Shown here piece by piece: positions 9,661-18,699 of a stretch of 64,000 nucleotides of DNA (positions are counted from its first letter, which is position 1; each line of letters starts with the position of its first letter). Source of the DNA: Thermofilaceae archaeon (GTDB lineage Archaea > Thermoproteota > Thermoprotei > Thermofilales > Thermofilaceae). The stretch spans positions 160,001 through 224,000 of the forward strand of contig JAWCCZ010000002.1 in assembly GCA_038861545.1 (NCBI GenBank), read 5' to 3'. The translations under genes and the position numbers were made by a program. The notes beneath the pieces are model-generated. The model saw nothing but the letters and a program-made list of their open reading frames with translations. It was not told the origin of the DNA and did not search any database.

Positions 9661-9890
9661 GTTCCAAGGCGTAAAAAGAAAATCGTTTTCCAGGACCCCT
9701 CCGCCGCGCAAGCCTTCACAAGCCTTTCTCGCCCCCACTGCATAGGGTAGCATTGATTGAATGGATTATGTTGGAGCATGCTCTCAGAAAGTTCGGCTAG
9801 GTATACTTCTGGCGCAACAGGGTACAAGATAAACGTAACAACTGGTAACCTGAAGATCGAAGTTAAGACGGGGAAGCACTCGAGAAAAGT
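9661..9890 (+). pseudogene. Remnant of the C-terminal DUF4143 (PD-(D/E)XK-like) domain of a COG1373-type archaeal ATP-binding protein
   Basis: Manual translation across frameshifts: VPRRKKKIVFQDP ... ALIEWIMLEHALRKFG*VYFWRN / GYKINVTTGNLKIEVKTGKHSRK; in-frame TAG at 9798-9800. Confidence 0.65.
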
Positions 9891-10381
9891 CTTGAAAAAC
9901 AAGGCAACTAATGAAAAGCGCCCTTGATGTCTACGAAGGTTAGTGAAGCATAACTGCTGCAAGAGTGCAGCACATCAGAGGTCATTGGAGCTAAACATGG
10001 GGGATCTCGGGGGAGTGATTGACTCTACGCTAAACAATTGCTTTCCTTACCCCTTTAGAATCTTTTGCTACTTTAATATCAAGATATCTAGGATACATAT
10101 GAAACATATGGTACTTAACGCGCAATAATGTGTCCGAAATATGGGTAGACCCGTCGAGGTCTAGGAGCTTCTATGTATAGTGGCTGTGGCCTCGCTTGGA
10201 CCGGCTTGTAGAAGATAATTTTGAGCCCCGAAGGGGGCGTGGGTTCTGTTGGAGGCTGTAAAGCACTTCAACTTCCCTTCCGAGGAGTGAAAGGAGGAGG
10301 AAGAGTTGAACTGACTTAGCGGCGCGTAAGATATTCTTCAGTTATTTAAACATTTAGGTAAAGAAAACTTTCTAACTATTT

Positions 10382-11719
10382 TTACCGTTGGGCGAGAGTT
10401 CTTAGCGCCGCTAGCTGTAGCGGGTACGCCAGCGGCGAAGCCGTGAGTAAGGGTTGTGTAGCTAGTTGCAACTTAACGATGTCGAAAGCGGTGAGGCCGC
10501 TTTGTATAGCTGCAGCAGCGTAATTGACCATTTCACCGACAGACTCAGGACCCGCTACTTGGACACCGACTAGCCTTAGATCGCTCCTTGTGAAGATGGC
10601 TTTCAACTTGATTCTAGACGCTCCGGGAAGGTTGGCGGGGTGTCTGTTCACTGTTTCTACGGCGGAAGCTATAACGTCCAAGCCACGTTCCCTGGCCAAC
10701 GTCTCTGTCAATCCAGCGGCGGCCAGCACGGTGCCAGATACAACCGTGGAGTAAGTGGGGAGAACCCCTTCAACGCCCCTCGAAGGCGCAAGCCCGGCTA
10801 TGTGCATTGCTGCAATCCTCCCCTCTGCAACCGCCAGCGTTGCGAAGTAAGCCCGCGTGGGGTGGTCCGTGAAGAAGTCCTTCTTCTGGGCTATGTCACC
10901 TACCGCATAGATGTCCGGGTCGCTTGTCTTCATGAAGGAGTCGACTATCAAGTGACCTGATTCGTCTACCGCTAACCCCGCTTTTCTCGCAATTTCTGTG
11001 TTTGGGGTTACTCCCACGGAAATAAGAACTGCGTCCGCCTCGATCTCCTCGCCCGCATCCAGAATGACTTTCTCTACCCTATCTCTCCCTCTGATTTCTC
11101 TCACCCTGGTTTTGAAGTGGAACTTGACGCCTTTCCCCTCCAGCTCCTTCCTCGCGATTTCACCGAACTCTCTATCGAAGGCGAGCGGCAGCACCTCGTC
11201 GAACACTTCAACTATATGCACTTCCCTTCCCTCCGCCAGGTCGTCGGCGTACTCAACCCCAACGAAGCCGGCTCCTATGATGACGATCTTCTTTGCACTC
11301 TTAAGTACGTTGAAGGCTTTCGTGAGGGGTTCGTACTCCTTCTGGATAAGTACGACGTTATCCAGCTCTACACCTGGAATCTTCGGCTTCACGGGGTTCG
11401 TGCCCGTAGCTAACACGAGCTTCCCGTATCTGTACTCCCTCCCGCTCGCAGTCTTCACTACTTTCCTTCCCCTATCGATTTCAACGAGTTCGTCGATTGC
11501 CAACTCCACGCTCGCCCCTGTGAGAACCGTGTCGGAGATAAGGCAGCCATCCGTGGAACCTATAGTCTCAACGATGTAAGGAACCGAGCAGGGTATCGGT
11601 TGGGCTTTCGTCCTCCTTACAACGAGAACCTTGAAATTGGGGCGGAGACTCTTTAAAGCTAGAGCAACGGCGAGCCCGCCCGCTCCACCGCCCACAACTA
11701 CAACGTCGAACTTCTCCAC
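10382..11719 (-). CDS. FAD-dependent pyridine nucleotide-disulfide oxidoreductase (NADH oxidase / CoA-disulfide reductase family); start moved to GTG 11719
   Basis: VVVGGGAGG, single redox Cys in IPCSVPY, LVLATG, IIGAGFVGVE, TSDPDIYAVGD; T/A tract about 25-30 nt upstream of GTG 11719. Confidence 0.9.
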   Translation of the reverse strand: MEKFDVVVVGGGAGGLAVALALKSLRPNFKVLVVRRTKAQPIPCSVPYIVETIGSTDGCLISDTVLTGASVELAIDELVEIDRGRKVVKTASGREYRYGKLVLATGTNPVKPKIPGVELDNVVLIQKEYEPLTKAFNVLKSAKKIVIIGAGFVGVEYADDLAEGREVHIVEVFDEVLPLAFDREFGEIARKELEGKGVKFHFKTRVREIRGRDRVEKVILDAGEEIEADAVLISVGVTPNTEIARKAGLAVDESGHLIVDSFMKTSDPDIYAVGDIAQKKDFFTDHPTRAYFATLAVAEGRIAAMHIAGLAPSRGVEGVLPTYSTVVSGTVLAAAGLTETLARERGLDVIASAVETVNRHPANLPGASRIKLKAIFTRSDLRLVGVQVAGPESVGEMVNYAAAAIQSGLTAFDIVKLQLATQPLLTASPLAYPLQLAALRTLAQR

Positions 11720-11775
11720 ACTAGTGAAGCTATGATCTGGCCCTAAAAAGTTTAGCTTTTCCACTATTTCGGAGA

Positions 11776-11794
11776 AATCAAATTTAATTTGATT
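11776..11794. promoter_or_regulatory. Palindromic candidate transcription-factor site upstream of the oxidoreductase promoter
   Basis: AATCAAATT-T-AATTTGATT: perfect 9-bp arms around a 1-nt centre. Confidence 0.5.
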
Positions 11795-12159
11795 CAAACT
11801 TCGCTACTGAACTTTTGATACACTAAATCAGGGAACTGCGATCGCGCCTCGTTCAAGTTGCCACTCCACTCCCCCTTGCAGCGAGCTTCACTCTCTTCAG
11901 ACCGACCATGCGGACCCGGTGAGTCATGTAGCTTCGAGGCGTTAGGCGTCACAACCTTGATCAATGGAATAACTCCCTGGCGAGGACATGCCCAGTATCT
12001 TCCCAGAGCAGTCTTGTGCCACTCTCCTCGATCAGAGCGTTATCGCTAGCGTAGGGAATAATACCTCTCCCAGACGGGAATCACCCCAAGAGAACGGTTG
12101 AGAGCCTGAGTGATAATGAAGTTGAAAGGCTCCTCGAGGCAGTCAATGCCCCCGCTGCG

Positions 12160-12420
12160 GGACACCCAATGACCCTTGTATGAATTTAGCCTTTGAGGAG
12201 GCTCTGTCGAGGACGAAATAGTAAAATCGGTCTCCGATGCACTCCGTGTCTAGAGAAACACCAGGCAGTGGTCATCAGTTATTTCCAGAGGGTTGAGAAG
12301 GGAGTGACCCCCATTGAAGTGGAGAGACCTGGTGCCAGCGTTGTCAGAAAACTCACTGGTGAAGGAGCAAACCACCACGATCTCGGCAACACGAACTACG
12401 CATTCGTTGTGAAGTCCCAG
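12160..12420 (+). pseudogene. lplA: Lipoate-protein ligase A (LplA/BPL family) N-terminal remnant
   Basis: DPCMNLAFEEAL ... DALRV*RN / AVVISYFQRVE ... VVRKLTGEGANHHDLGNTNY matches the LplA NLAxEE and RRxxGGGAVYHDxGNxNY motifs, interrupted by stops and frameshifts. Confidence 0.75.
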
Positions 12421-12996
12421 AAACTGTCCGAGTGGGCTTGGGACTTGATCTTGACCGCGAGGGATTAGGCAGAGAGCAGACTCACCCTTTGCGGTTCCAG
12501 CGTGGATGTCGCATCCTGCGTCTTCGATAGGAGGGGCCTCTCCACAAGACCCTCGCCCCATTCAAGGTGGATCTCACCCCTCGGACACCGTTGCCTCTTG
12601 CGCTTCACTTCCCTCCCCGCCGCTCCTCGCTCTGGAGCGTACTCGTCTGCGACCCCTGGCTACTGGACCTCATCGAGCCGGCCGGCGCACGAAAAGGAAC
12701 AGCAAAAAAGCTAAGGAGGTGGCATACTGTTATATGAATCGCATCATGTTTCTTGGCATGTTCTAGCTCTCACTTTCGGCACTTAAGTTAATATCACAGA
12801 TGGGCAAAAACTTTACTGCCTCTTTGCCAAAAACTTCTCCTGAGATAAAGGGTATCCTGTGAGATAGCCCCTTCCAAAGCTTCAAGAAAATTTACTTTGA
12901 AGTAAAAGAATCAGTAGCTTTATAATCCTCCCAAGCATGAATGAAATTCACCTTTCCAGGGATATACTTAAAAAATGACTATTAAAAGGGGGGTGC

Positions 12997-14298
12997 ATGG
13001 TTAAGCCTGCGGATGAGGAGAGCAATGCGTTTTTCAGGGACGTATACCCGTTTGTCGATGTTCCACATGTAGGCCTTATAGATGACCGCGAACTAGCTGA
13101 GAACCTTAGCAAAATCTACTTCACGGACACGACTCTTCGGGACGGGCAGCAGGGCTGGAGAGTATTTACCATTAAAGAGCATGAAAGGATATACGAGCTT
13201 CTCGCAGAGATAGGAAAAGCCATAGTCGGCACGGAGGTTTTTCTTTACACTAGTAAAGATAGGGAAGTGGTCAGGCGATTACTGAGTTACGGTTACGAGT
13301 GGCCCAAGTTAATCGCCTGGATAAGAGCTATGCATTCTGACCTTCAGCTAGTTATAGATGCCCGTTTGGATGAAGCGGTTATACTTACGTCAATATCCGA
13401 CTACCACATAAAGTATAAGTTTAATTCCACCAGAGAAGAGGTTACGAGGAAGTACCTAGAGGTTATAGAGAAAGCGCTCAACCATGGCATAACTGTTAAA
13501 GCCTCCCTTGAGGATATAACCAGAGCTGATCTGCACGGTCTCGTAATACCTTTTGTAAGAAAACTTATGGAGCTGAGCGAGAAGTATGGAGTGCAAGTGA
13601 AGATAAAAGTATGCGATACTCTTGGTGTAGGCCTACCCTTCTATGAAGCCCCACTACCTAGAAGTATACCGAGGATTGCCCGGGCTTTAAGAGGCGCTGG
13701 AGTTTCGCAGGAGTACATGGAGTTCCATGGACACAACGATCTGGGCCTCGTCGTGGCTAATCATCTATCAGCATGGCTATATGGGATAGCGTCAGCTAAC
13801 TGCACGCTCCTCGGTATTGGAGAAAGAGCTGGGAACTGTCCCCTCGACATCATGGCTGTGCACTATGCTGGTCTGAGGGGTTCCAATGATATAAATTTAA
13901 AGGCTCTAGCTAAAGTAATTGAAGTTTTTGATGAGATGGGCTATAAAGGTGCCGAGCATTACCCTATTGTTGGCAAGAATGCCTTTAGAACAAAAGCAGG
14001 GATACATGTTGACGGTCTCATGAAGAACCCGGAAGTATACTTGCCGTTTGATCCAATGAAGGTTCTAGGGCGGCCATACTCGGTAGCTATAACTCCTTAC
14101 GCAGGCAGGTCAGCTGTAATATTATGGATAATGAACCACCTTAGATATGATAAATTAAGCAAAGACGATGAACGAGTTACAGCTGTCTACAACGAGATAG
14201 TTGAATACTTCAATAGAACTGATAGAACAGAGCCTTTAAGGGATGAAGAGACAGCTAACTTCATACGAAAATACTTCCCAGAGTTATTTGAACGTTGA
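12997..14298 (+). CDS. Re-citrate synthase-like enzyme (DRE-TIM / LeuA superfamily)
   Basis: TDTTLRDGQQ, EVFLYTSKDR, WIRA, SISDYHIKYK, LEDITRAD, CDTLG, LPRSIP, HGHNDLG, AWLYG, GIGERAGN, AGIHVDGLMKN. This pattern follows clostridial Re-citrate synthase rather than LeuA or homocitrate synthase; no LeuA regulatory domain. Confidence 0.85.
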   Translation: MVKPADEESNAFFRDVYPFVDVPHVGLIDDRELAENLSKIYFTDTTLRDGQQGWRVFTIKEHERIYELLAEIGKAIVGTEVFLYTSKDREVVRRLLSYGYEWPKLIAWIRAMHSDLQLVIDARLDEAVILTSISDYHIKYKFNSTREEVTRKYLEVIEKALNHGITVKASLEDITRADLHGLVIPFVRKLMELSEKYGVQVKIKVCDTLGVGLPFYEAPLPRSIPRIARALRGAGVSQEYMEFHGHNDLGLVVANHLSAWLYGIASANCTLLGIGERAGNCPLDIMAVHYAGLRGSNDINLKALAKVIEVFDEMGYKGAEHYPIVGKNAFRTKAGIHVDGLMKNPEVYLPFDPMKVLGRPYSVAITPYAGRSAVILWIMNHLRYDKLSKDDERVTAVYNEIVEYFNRTDRTEPLRDEETANFIRKYFPELFER

Positions 14299-14330
14299 AA
14301 TGTATTACCTAATCTAGCTGGTGAAAATTC

Positions 14331-15584
14331 TTGGGATTCATAGATAGACTCATATCCAGGATTACCGGAAGAGATGTATCTCCAGGAGATATAGTTGTTG
14401 TAAATATTGATGTAGTGTACGCTCAAGATGGGACAGCACCCTTAATTATTGAAACGATAGAGAAAGAATTAGGGTTAGAGGAGTTACTGGCAGCGAATAG
14501 GACTTACTTTTTCATAGATCATTCAGCACCTGCACCTCATATAGCTGCAGCTACGGCTCATAGAGAGATGAGGAGATTCTGTAGGAGGCAAGGTATACGT
14601 TTATACGATGCTGGAAATGGTATATGCCACCAAGTGGCTATAGATGAGGGCATAGTTAGACCCGGCATGGTAGTCATGGGGGCCGACAGCCATACACCCA
14701 CTGTTGGAGCTCTAGGACTTTACGCTTTAGGGGTTGGAAGCACGGATGCGGCCATAGCTATTGCTTATGGGAAACAGTGGACGAGAATCCCTTTTACAGT
14801 GAAAATTGTTCTTACAGGCAGGCCACCTAGAAGTGTTATGTCCAAGGACATAGCCTTAAGCTTAATAGGCGAGCTTAAGACAGACGGTATGGTAGGAAAA
14901 GCTATTGAGTTTCATGGAGAGGCTCTTAAGCACCTTTCCATGGATTCAAGGTTTACTTTGACAAATATGAGTACAGAAATGGGTGCTGAATCGGCTGTAA
15001 TACCAGTGGATGAAGCGGCTAGACAGTGGCTTGAAAACAGAAGTTTAACTCCCCTTAGGTATGTAGACTATGATCCGTTGAAAACCCAGTTTATAGAAGA
15101 GTTAACATTTGAAGTGGATAGGATAGAGCCAATGGTTGCAATGCCACCAGATGTAGATAACGTCTTAGCGGTTAGTGAAATAGAAGATGTAGAGGTGGAT
15201 CAAGTGTTTATAGGCTCCTGCACCAACGGTAGGCTTGAGGATATAGAGATCGCAGCTAGGATTCTTAAGGGTAGGAGAATTCATGGAAATGTTAGGTGTA
15301 TTGTTTCGCCTGCATCTAAAAAAGTGTATTCGGAAGCGCTTAGGGAAGGGTATATCCAGATATTAGCTGAAGCTGGATGCATTGTAGCTCCACCTACCTG
15401 TGGACCTTGTGTAGGGGCACACATGGGTATTCTCGCTGAAGGCGAAGTTGCTTTAGCTACAACTAATAGAAACTTCCCGGGAAGAATGGGGCATAAAAAT
15501 AGCAAGTTATATTTAGCATCGCCAGCCACGGCCGCTGCAACAGCTATAGAGGGCAAGATAACCGATCCGCGTAAATATCTTTAG
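14331..15584 (+). CDS. Aconitase-family hydratase large subunit (LeuC/HacA type)
   Basis: DHSAP, GICHQV, GADSHT, IGSCTNGR, CGPCVG ([4Fe-4S] ligands), TTNRNFPGRMG. Confidence 0.93.
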   Translation: MGFIDRLISRITGRDVSPGDIVVVNIDVVYAQDGTAPLIIETIEKELGLEELLAANRTYFFIDHSAPAPHIAAATAHREMRRFCRRQGIRLYDAGNGICHQVAIDEGIVRPGMVVMGADSHTPTVGALGLYALGVGSTDAAIAIAYGKQWTRIPFTVKIVLTGRPPRSVMSKDIALSLIGELKTDGMVGKAIEFHGEALKHLSMDSRFTLTNMSTEMGAESAVIPVDEAARQWLENRSLTPLRYVDYDPLKTQFIEELTFEVDRIEPMVAMPPDVDNVLAVSEIEDVEVDQVFIGSCTNGRLEDIEIAARILKGRRIHGNVRCIVSPASKKVYSEALREGYIQILAEAGCIVAPPTCGPCVGAHMGILAEGEVALATTNRNFPGRMGHKNSKLYLASPATAAATAIEGKITDPRKYL

Positions 15585-15586
15585 AG

Positions 15587-16114
15587 ATGATCGACATGGT
15601 AAAAGGTAGATGCTGGAAACTGGGGGATAACGTAAGCACGGACCACATAATATCAGGTAAGCACAAGTTCAGCGCTATAGACAGCCTAGACTCAATGATC
15701 CCCCACGTCCTCGAAGAGGTGATACCTGAGTTTTACAAGAAGGTTAGTAAGGGCGATATAATCGTCGCAGGGAAAAACTTCGGCAAAGGGTCCAGCAGAG
15801 AACAAGCTCCAAGGCTTCTAAAAATAGTCGGCATTTCAGCTGTTGTGTCAAAAAGCTTCGCGCACATCTTCTATAGGAATGCCGTAAACATCGGGCTCCC
15901 GGTCGTAGTAGCACAGAGAATTCCAGAGGTTTCCGAGACTGGTGATATCATAGAAGTAGACCTTGAGAATGGCATCGTGAGAAATGTTACTAAGGGCGTT
16001 GAGGAGCGCATAAGCCCTTTCCCGATAGAGGTGGCAGTAATACTTAAGGCTGGAGGCATTGTTGAATATGTCAAGCGATACGGTGCACCACCATGGCTAG
16101 GAGGTACAAAGTAG
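15587..16114 (+). CDS. Aconitase-family hydratase small subunit (LeuD/HacB type)
   Basis: GDNVSTDHII, NFGKGSSREQAP, SFAHIFYRNAVNIGLP, AGG. Confidence 0.93.
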   Translation: MIDMVKGRCWKLGDNVSTDHIISGKHKFSAIDSLDSMIPHVLEEVIPEFYKKVSKGDIIVAGKNFGKGSSREQAPRLLKIVGISAVVSKSFAHIFYRNAVNIGLPVVVAQRIPEVSETGDIIEVDLENGIVRNVTKGVEERISPFPIEVAVILKAGGIVEYVKRYGAPPWLGGTK

Positions 16115-17148
16115 GGTTCATAAGAGGTGATGGAATAGGCCCAGAGATCGTTGATGCGGCGTTGGAGGTTATATCCCATTTAATGCCAGGTATAGAACTC
16201 GTTGAATTTCAAGCTGGTTACGAATATTATAAGAGAACTGGTAAAACCATAGAAGATGATTTTCTCGAAAAGATTGAGGAAGTAGACGCCATTATTAAAG
16301 GACCTCTATATACGCCTTCTCACGATCCTAACTTCAAAAGCGTTAACGTTTTGATTAGGAAGAAACTAGACCTTTACGCAAATATTAGACCATTCAAGAG
16401 CTTTCAAGGGGTTTCTCAGAAAAACTTCAACCTAATCATATTTAGAGAAAGTACTGAGGGAGAATACGTTGGTATAGAGGGTACATTTGGAGACCTAGCT
16501 GTTTCGCTAAGGATAATAACTAGGAAAGGTGCAGAAAGGATATGCAGGCAAGCGTTCAATTATGCAAAAAAAGTGGGGTTAAAACGAGTAACAGTGGTAC
16601 ACAAGGCAAACATTCTTAAATTAAGTGACGGGCTTTTTAGGCAGACGTTTTTCGATGTAGCTAAGGAGTTCCCTGATGCTGTTCCCGAAGAAGTCATAAT
16701 CGATACAGCTACCTATGCCCTTGTGAAAAATCCTGAGAAGTTCCAAGTGCTTGTTACACCAAACCTCTACGGCGATATTCTTTCCGATCTAGTCGGTGGG
16801 CTTGTGGGTAGCCTAGGGCTATGCGGGTCGGCGTTAATAGGCGATAAAATAGGGGTTTTCGAACCCATTCACGGCGTGGCATTAGATATAGCTGGCAAGG
16901 GTATCGCTAACCCCATTGGGATGCTTACAGCTTCAAAGCTCATGCTCGAATATTTAGGACAAAAAAACGAAGATTCAGAAATAATTAGGAAAGCATCAAT
17001 CCTTGAAAATGTCATACGCATAGTTGTAGAGGATAAAAGAGTTTGGACACCTGATCTAGGAGGCCGATACAGAACCGGAGATATAGCCAAAGCTATAATG
17101 GAAGAGTTAAACAATAACACTCTACTAATAGAAAACAATAGAATATAG
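16093..17148 (+). CDS. Isocitrate/homoisocitrate-type beta-decarboxylating dehydrogenase
   Basis: GDGIGPE, IIKGPLYTP and SVNVLIRK (IDH-type specificity loop), RESTEGEY, VHKANI, NLYGDILSD, FEPIHG. Confidence 0.9.
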   Translation: MARRYKVGFIRGDGIGPEIVDAALEVISHLMPGIELVEFQAGYEYYKRTGKTIEDDFLEKIEEVDAIIKGPLYTPSHDPNFKSVNVLIRKKLDLYANIRPFKSFQGVSQKNFNLIIFRESTEGEYVGIEGTFGDLAVSLRIITRKGAERICRQAFNYAKKVGLKRVTVVHKANILKLSDGLFRQTFFDVAKEFPDAVPEEVIIDTATYALVKNPEKFQVLVTPNLYGDILSDLVGGLVGSLGLCGSALIGDKIGVFEPIHGVALDIAGKGIANPIGMLTASKLMLEYLGQKNEDSEIIRKASILENVIRIVVEDKRVWTPDLGGRYRTGDIAKAIMEELNNNTLLIENNRI

Positions 17149-17299
17149 TTTTCGTCTAACTAGTATAAAAAGAAGCCTAATAAATATTATTGTTACCCTC
17201 TGACACTGTTATAACTATGTGGGAGAGTTTCAAAGTATTTCGGCTAGGCCAATAGCTTTAATGAAGCCTAAACGCTCAAGTTTTAGAGTAAATGTTTTA

Positions 17300-17322
17300 A
17301 CCTGAAGAATCACCTTTCAGGT
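17300..17322. promoter_or_regulatory. Inverted repeat between a TATA-like box and the nre start
   Basis: ACCTGAA-N9-TTCAGGT directly after TTTTAA (17295-17300). Confidence 0.4.
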
Positions 17323-17325
17323 AAG

Positions 17326-18558
17326 GTGGTTCCCACCAGAATCGACCACAGGCTTTGCTCTACATGTAAAGGCTCGCGAAGACTTTGCGGGCTTCCCGAG
17401 TGTCCTATCTTGACCCGAATCAAGCAGCAGATAGGTATTAGCGAGAAACTGAAGCACATCAGGGAGCTGGAATCCCCTACACCCCCCTCAGTGTTAGTGG
17501 GCGAGTATGGTTATCCTATCGTAAGGGTGGGCATAAACCTACCAGTGAGCGAGGGAGAAGCTAAACTATACGAAAACCCTGCTCAATGGTGGGGCAAGCT
17601 TAGCCTTTACGAGATTGTGAAGCTGAGAGCTGGCCTCGTTTACTCCTATACACGTGCTCAAATCAGATCGGTGAACTCTAGAAGCGTCGAAGCTGTTCAA
17701 GAGGCTGCGATGTCCCTGAAACCCGTAGATTCGGAAGTACTGTTCCGAAAAACGCCTGTTTTCAGTATGCGGTTTGACCCTCTCCTTAAGCCAGTAGGTT
17801 TAGCAGGTGAAGTGGAAAAAATGCGAGTAGCCGATAACCCAGTAGTGCCGAGGAGGGTTGACCAGCTGGTAGAGGATAGAGTGAAGGCCTTACCTGCACT
17901 TATCGAGCTCTACGAGTGTGGCTACGATATTTATTACCTTCAGCGATTGCTCTCCTCTGGAACACTAGGCTTCAACCGTCGCCTCGTGCCCACCAGGTGG
18001 GCTATAACAGCGGTGGACAAGCACCTAGGAGATCACCTGCTTAGAAAAGTGCGCGAGTATCCAGAGATAAGGGAGTATGAAGTTTACCACTCCAGCTACA
18101 TTGGAAACAGGTACACTATACTCCTTATTCCAAGCGCTTGGTCGATGGAGATGATCGAGGCATGGTTGCCCCGCTCCGTATGGGTTCCCGGAGAGAAAGC
18201 TCAAATCTATACAATCTATGAACGATACAGCGGACACCCCACAGCGGAGGATGGTGGTTACCAAGCAATACGCATAGCGATACTAGAGTACCTCAACTCT
18301 AGCAGAAAATGCGCAGCGGCTTTAGCTATCCGTGAAATCACACCGGATTACTTCGCACCAGTCGGTAACTGGCAGATCCGTGAAGGGGTGAGGAACGCTC
18401 TGAAAAATAAACCGTTGCGAGCCAATAACTTAAAAGAAGCTTTCGAGCTGGTGAGCTCGCTGACTATAATCCCCATACATGAGATTCTAAGGTTAAGCTG
18501 GCTCGCTAGAAGCACTGAACGCCAAAGAAGTCTCACAGAGTTCCTAGATAACTCCTAA
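17326..18558 (+). CDS. nreA: Nre family PCNA-interacting DNA repair protein
   Basis: N-terminal CxxCKGxRxLCGxxxCP, PPSVLVGEYGYP, RRLVPTRWAITAVD, PVGNWQIRE, C-terminal PIP box QRSLTEFL. Confidence 0.92.
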   Translation: MVPTRIDHRLCSTCKGSRRLCGLPECPILTRIKQQIGISEKLKHIRELESPTPPSVLVGEYGYPIVRVGINLPVSEGEAKLYENPAQWWGKLSLYEIVKLRAGLVYSYTRAQIRSVNSRSVEAVQEAAMSLKPVDSEVLFRKTPVFSMRFDPLLKPVGLAGEVEKMRVADNPVVPRRVDQLVEDRVKALPALIELYECGYDIYYLQRLLSSGTLGFNRRLVPTRWAITAVDKHLGDHLLRKVREYPEIREYEVYHSSYIGNRYTILLIPSAWSMEMIEAWLPRSVWVPGEKAQIYTIYERYSGHPTAEDGGYQAIRIAILEYLNSSRKCAAALAIREITPDYFAPVGNWQIREGVRNALKNKPLRANNLKEAFELVSSLTIIPIHEILRLSWLARSTERQRSLTEFLDNS

Positions 18559-18699
18559 ATATTTCCCACCCTGATTCAGCTTGAATTAACCTCTCGGTAA
18601 CGCTTTGCAAACCGTATAAGTTTAGTCTTAGTTTACCTGAGATTTCAAAATAACGTAAACCGAGACCTAGTGGTTATATACCAAACTAGTATGAAGTAA

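Noticed and set aside
9603-10128. ORFs 9603-9962 (-) and 9943-10128 (+)
   Set aside because: Composition is not protein-like; the first is antisense to the DUF4143 remnant.
10141-10315. Possible decayed AbrB-like antitoxin gene after a CATATG-AAA-CATATG repeat
   Set aside because: Several stops and too little motif left to support a family call.
11850-12090. Possible metallo-beta-lactamase remnant on the minus strand (NALIEESGTRLLWEDTG ... YMTH)
   Set aside because: No HxHxDH motif recoverable; similarity too weak.
12997-17148. Annotation as the leucine biosynthesis operon leuACDB
   Set aside because: The synthase motifs match Re-citrate synthase and lack the LeuA regulatory domain; the dehydrogenase has an IDH-type loop.
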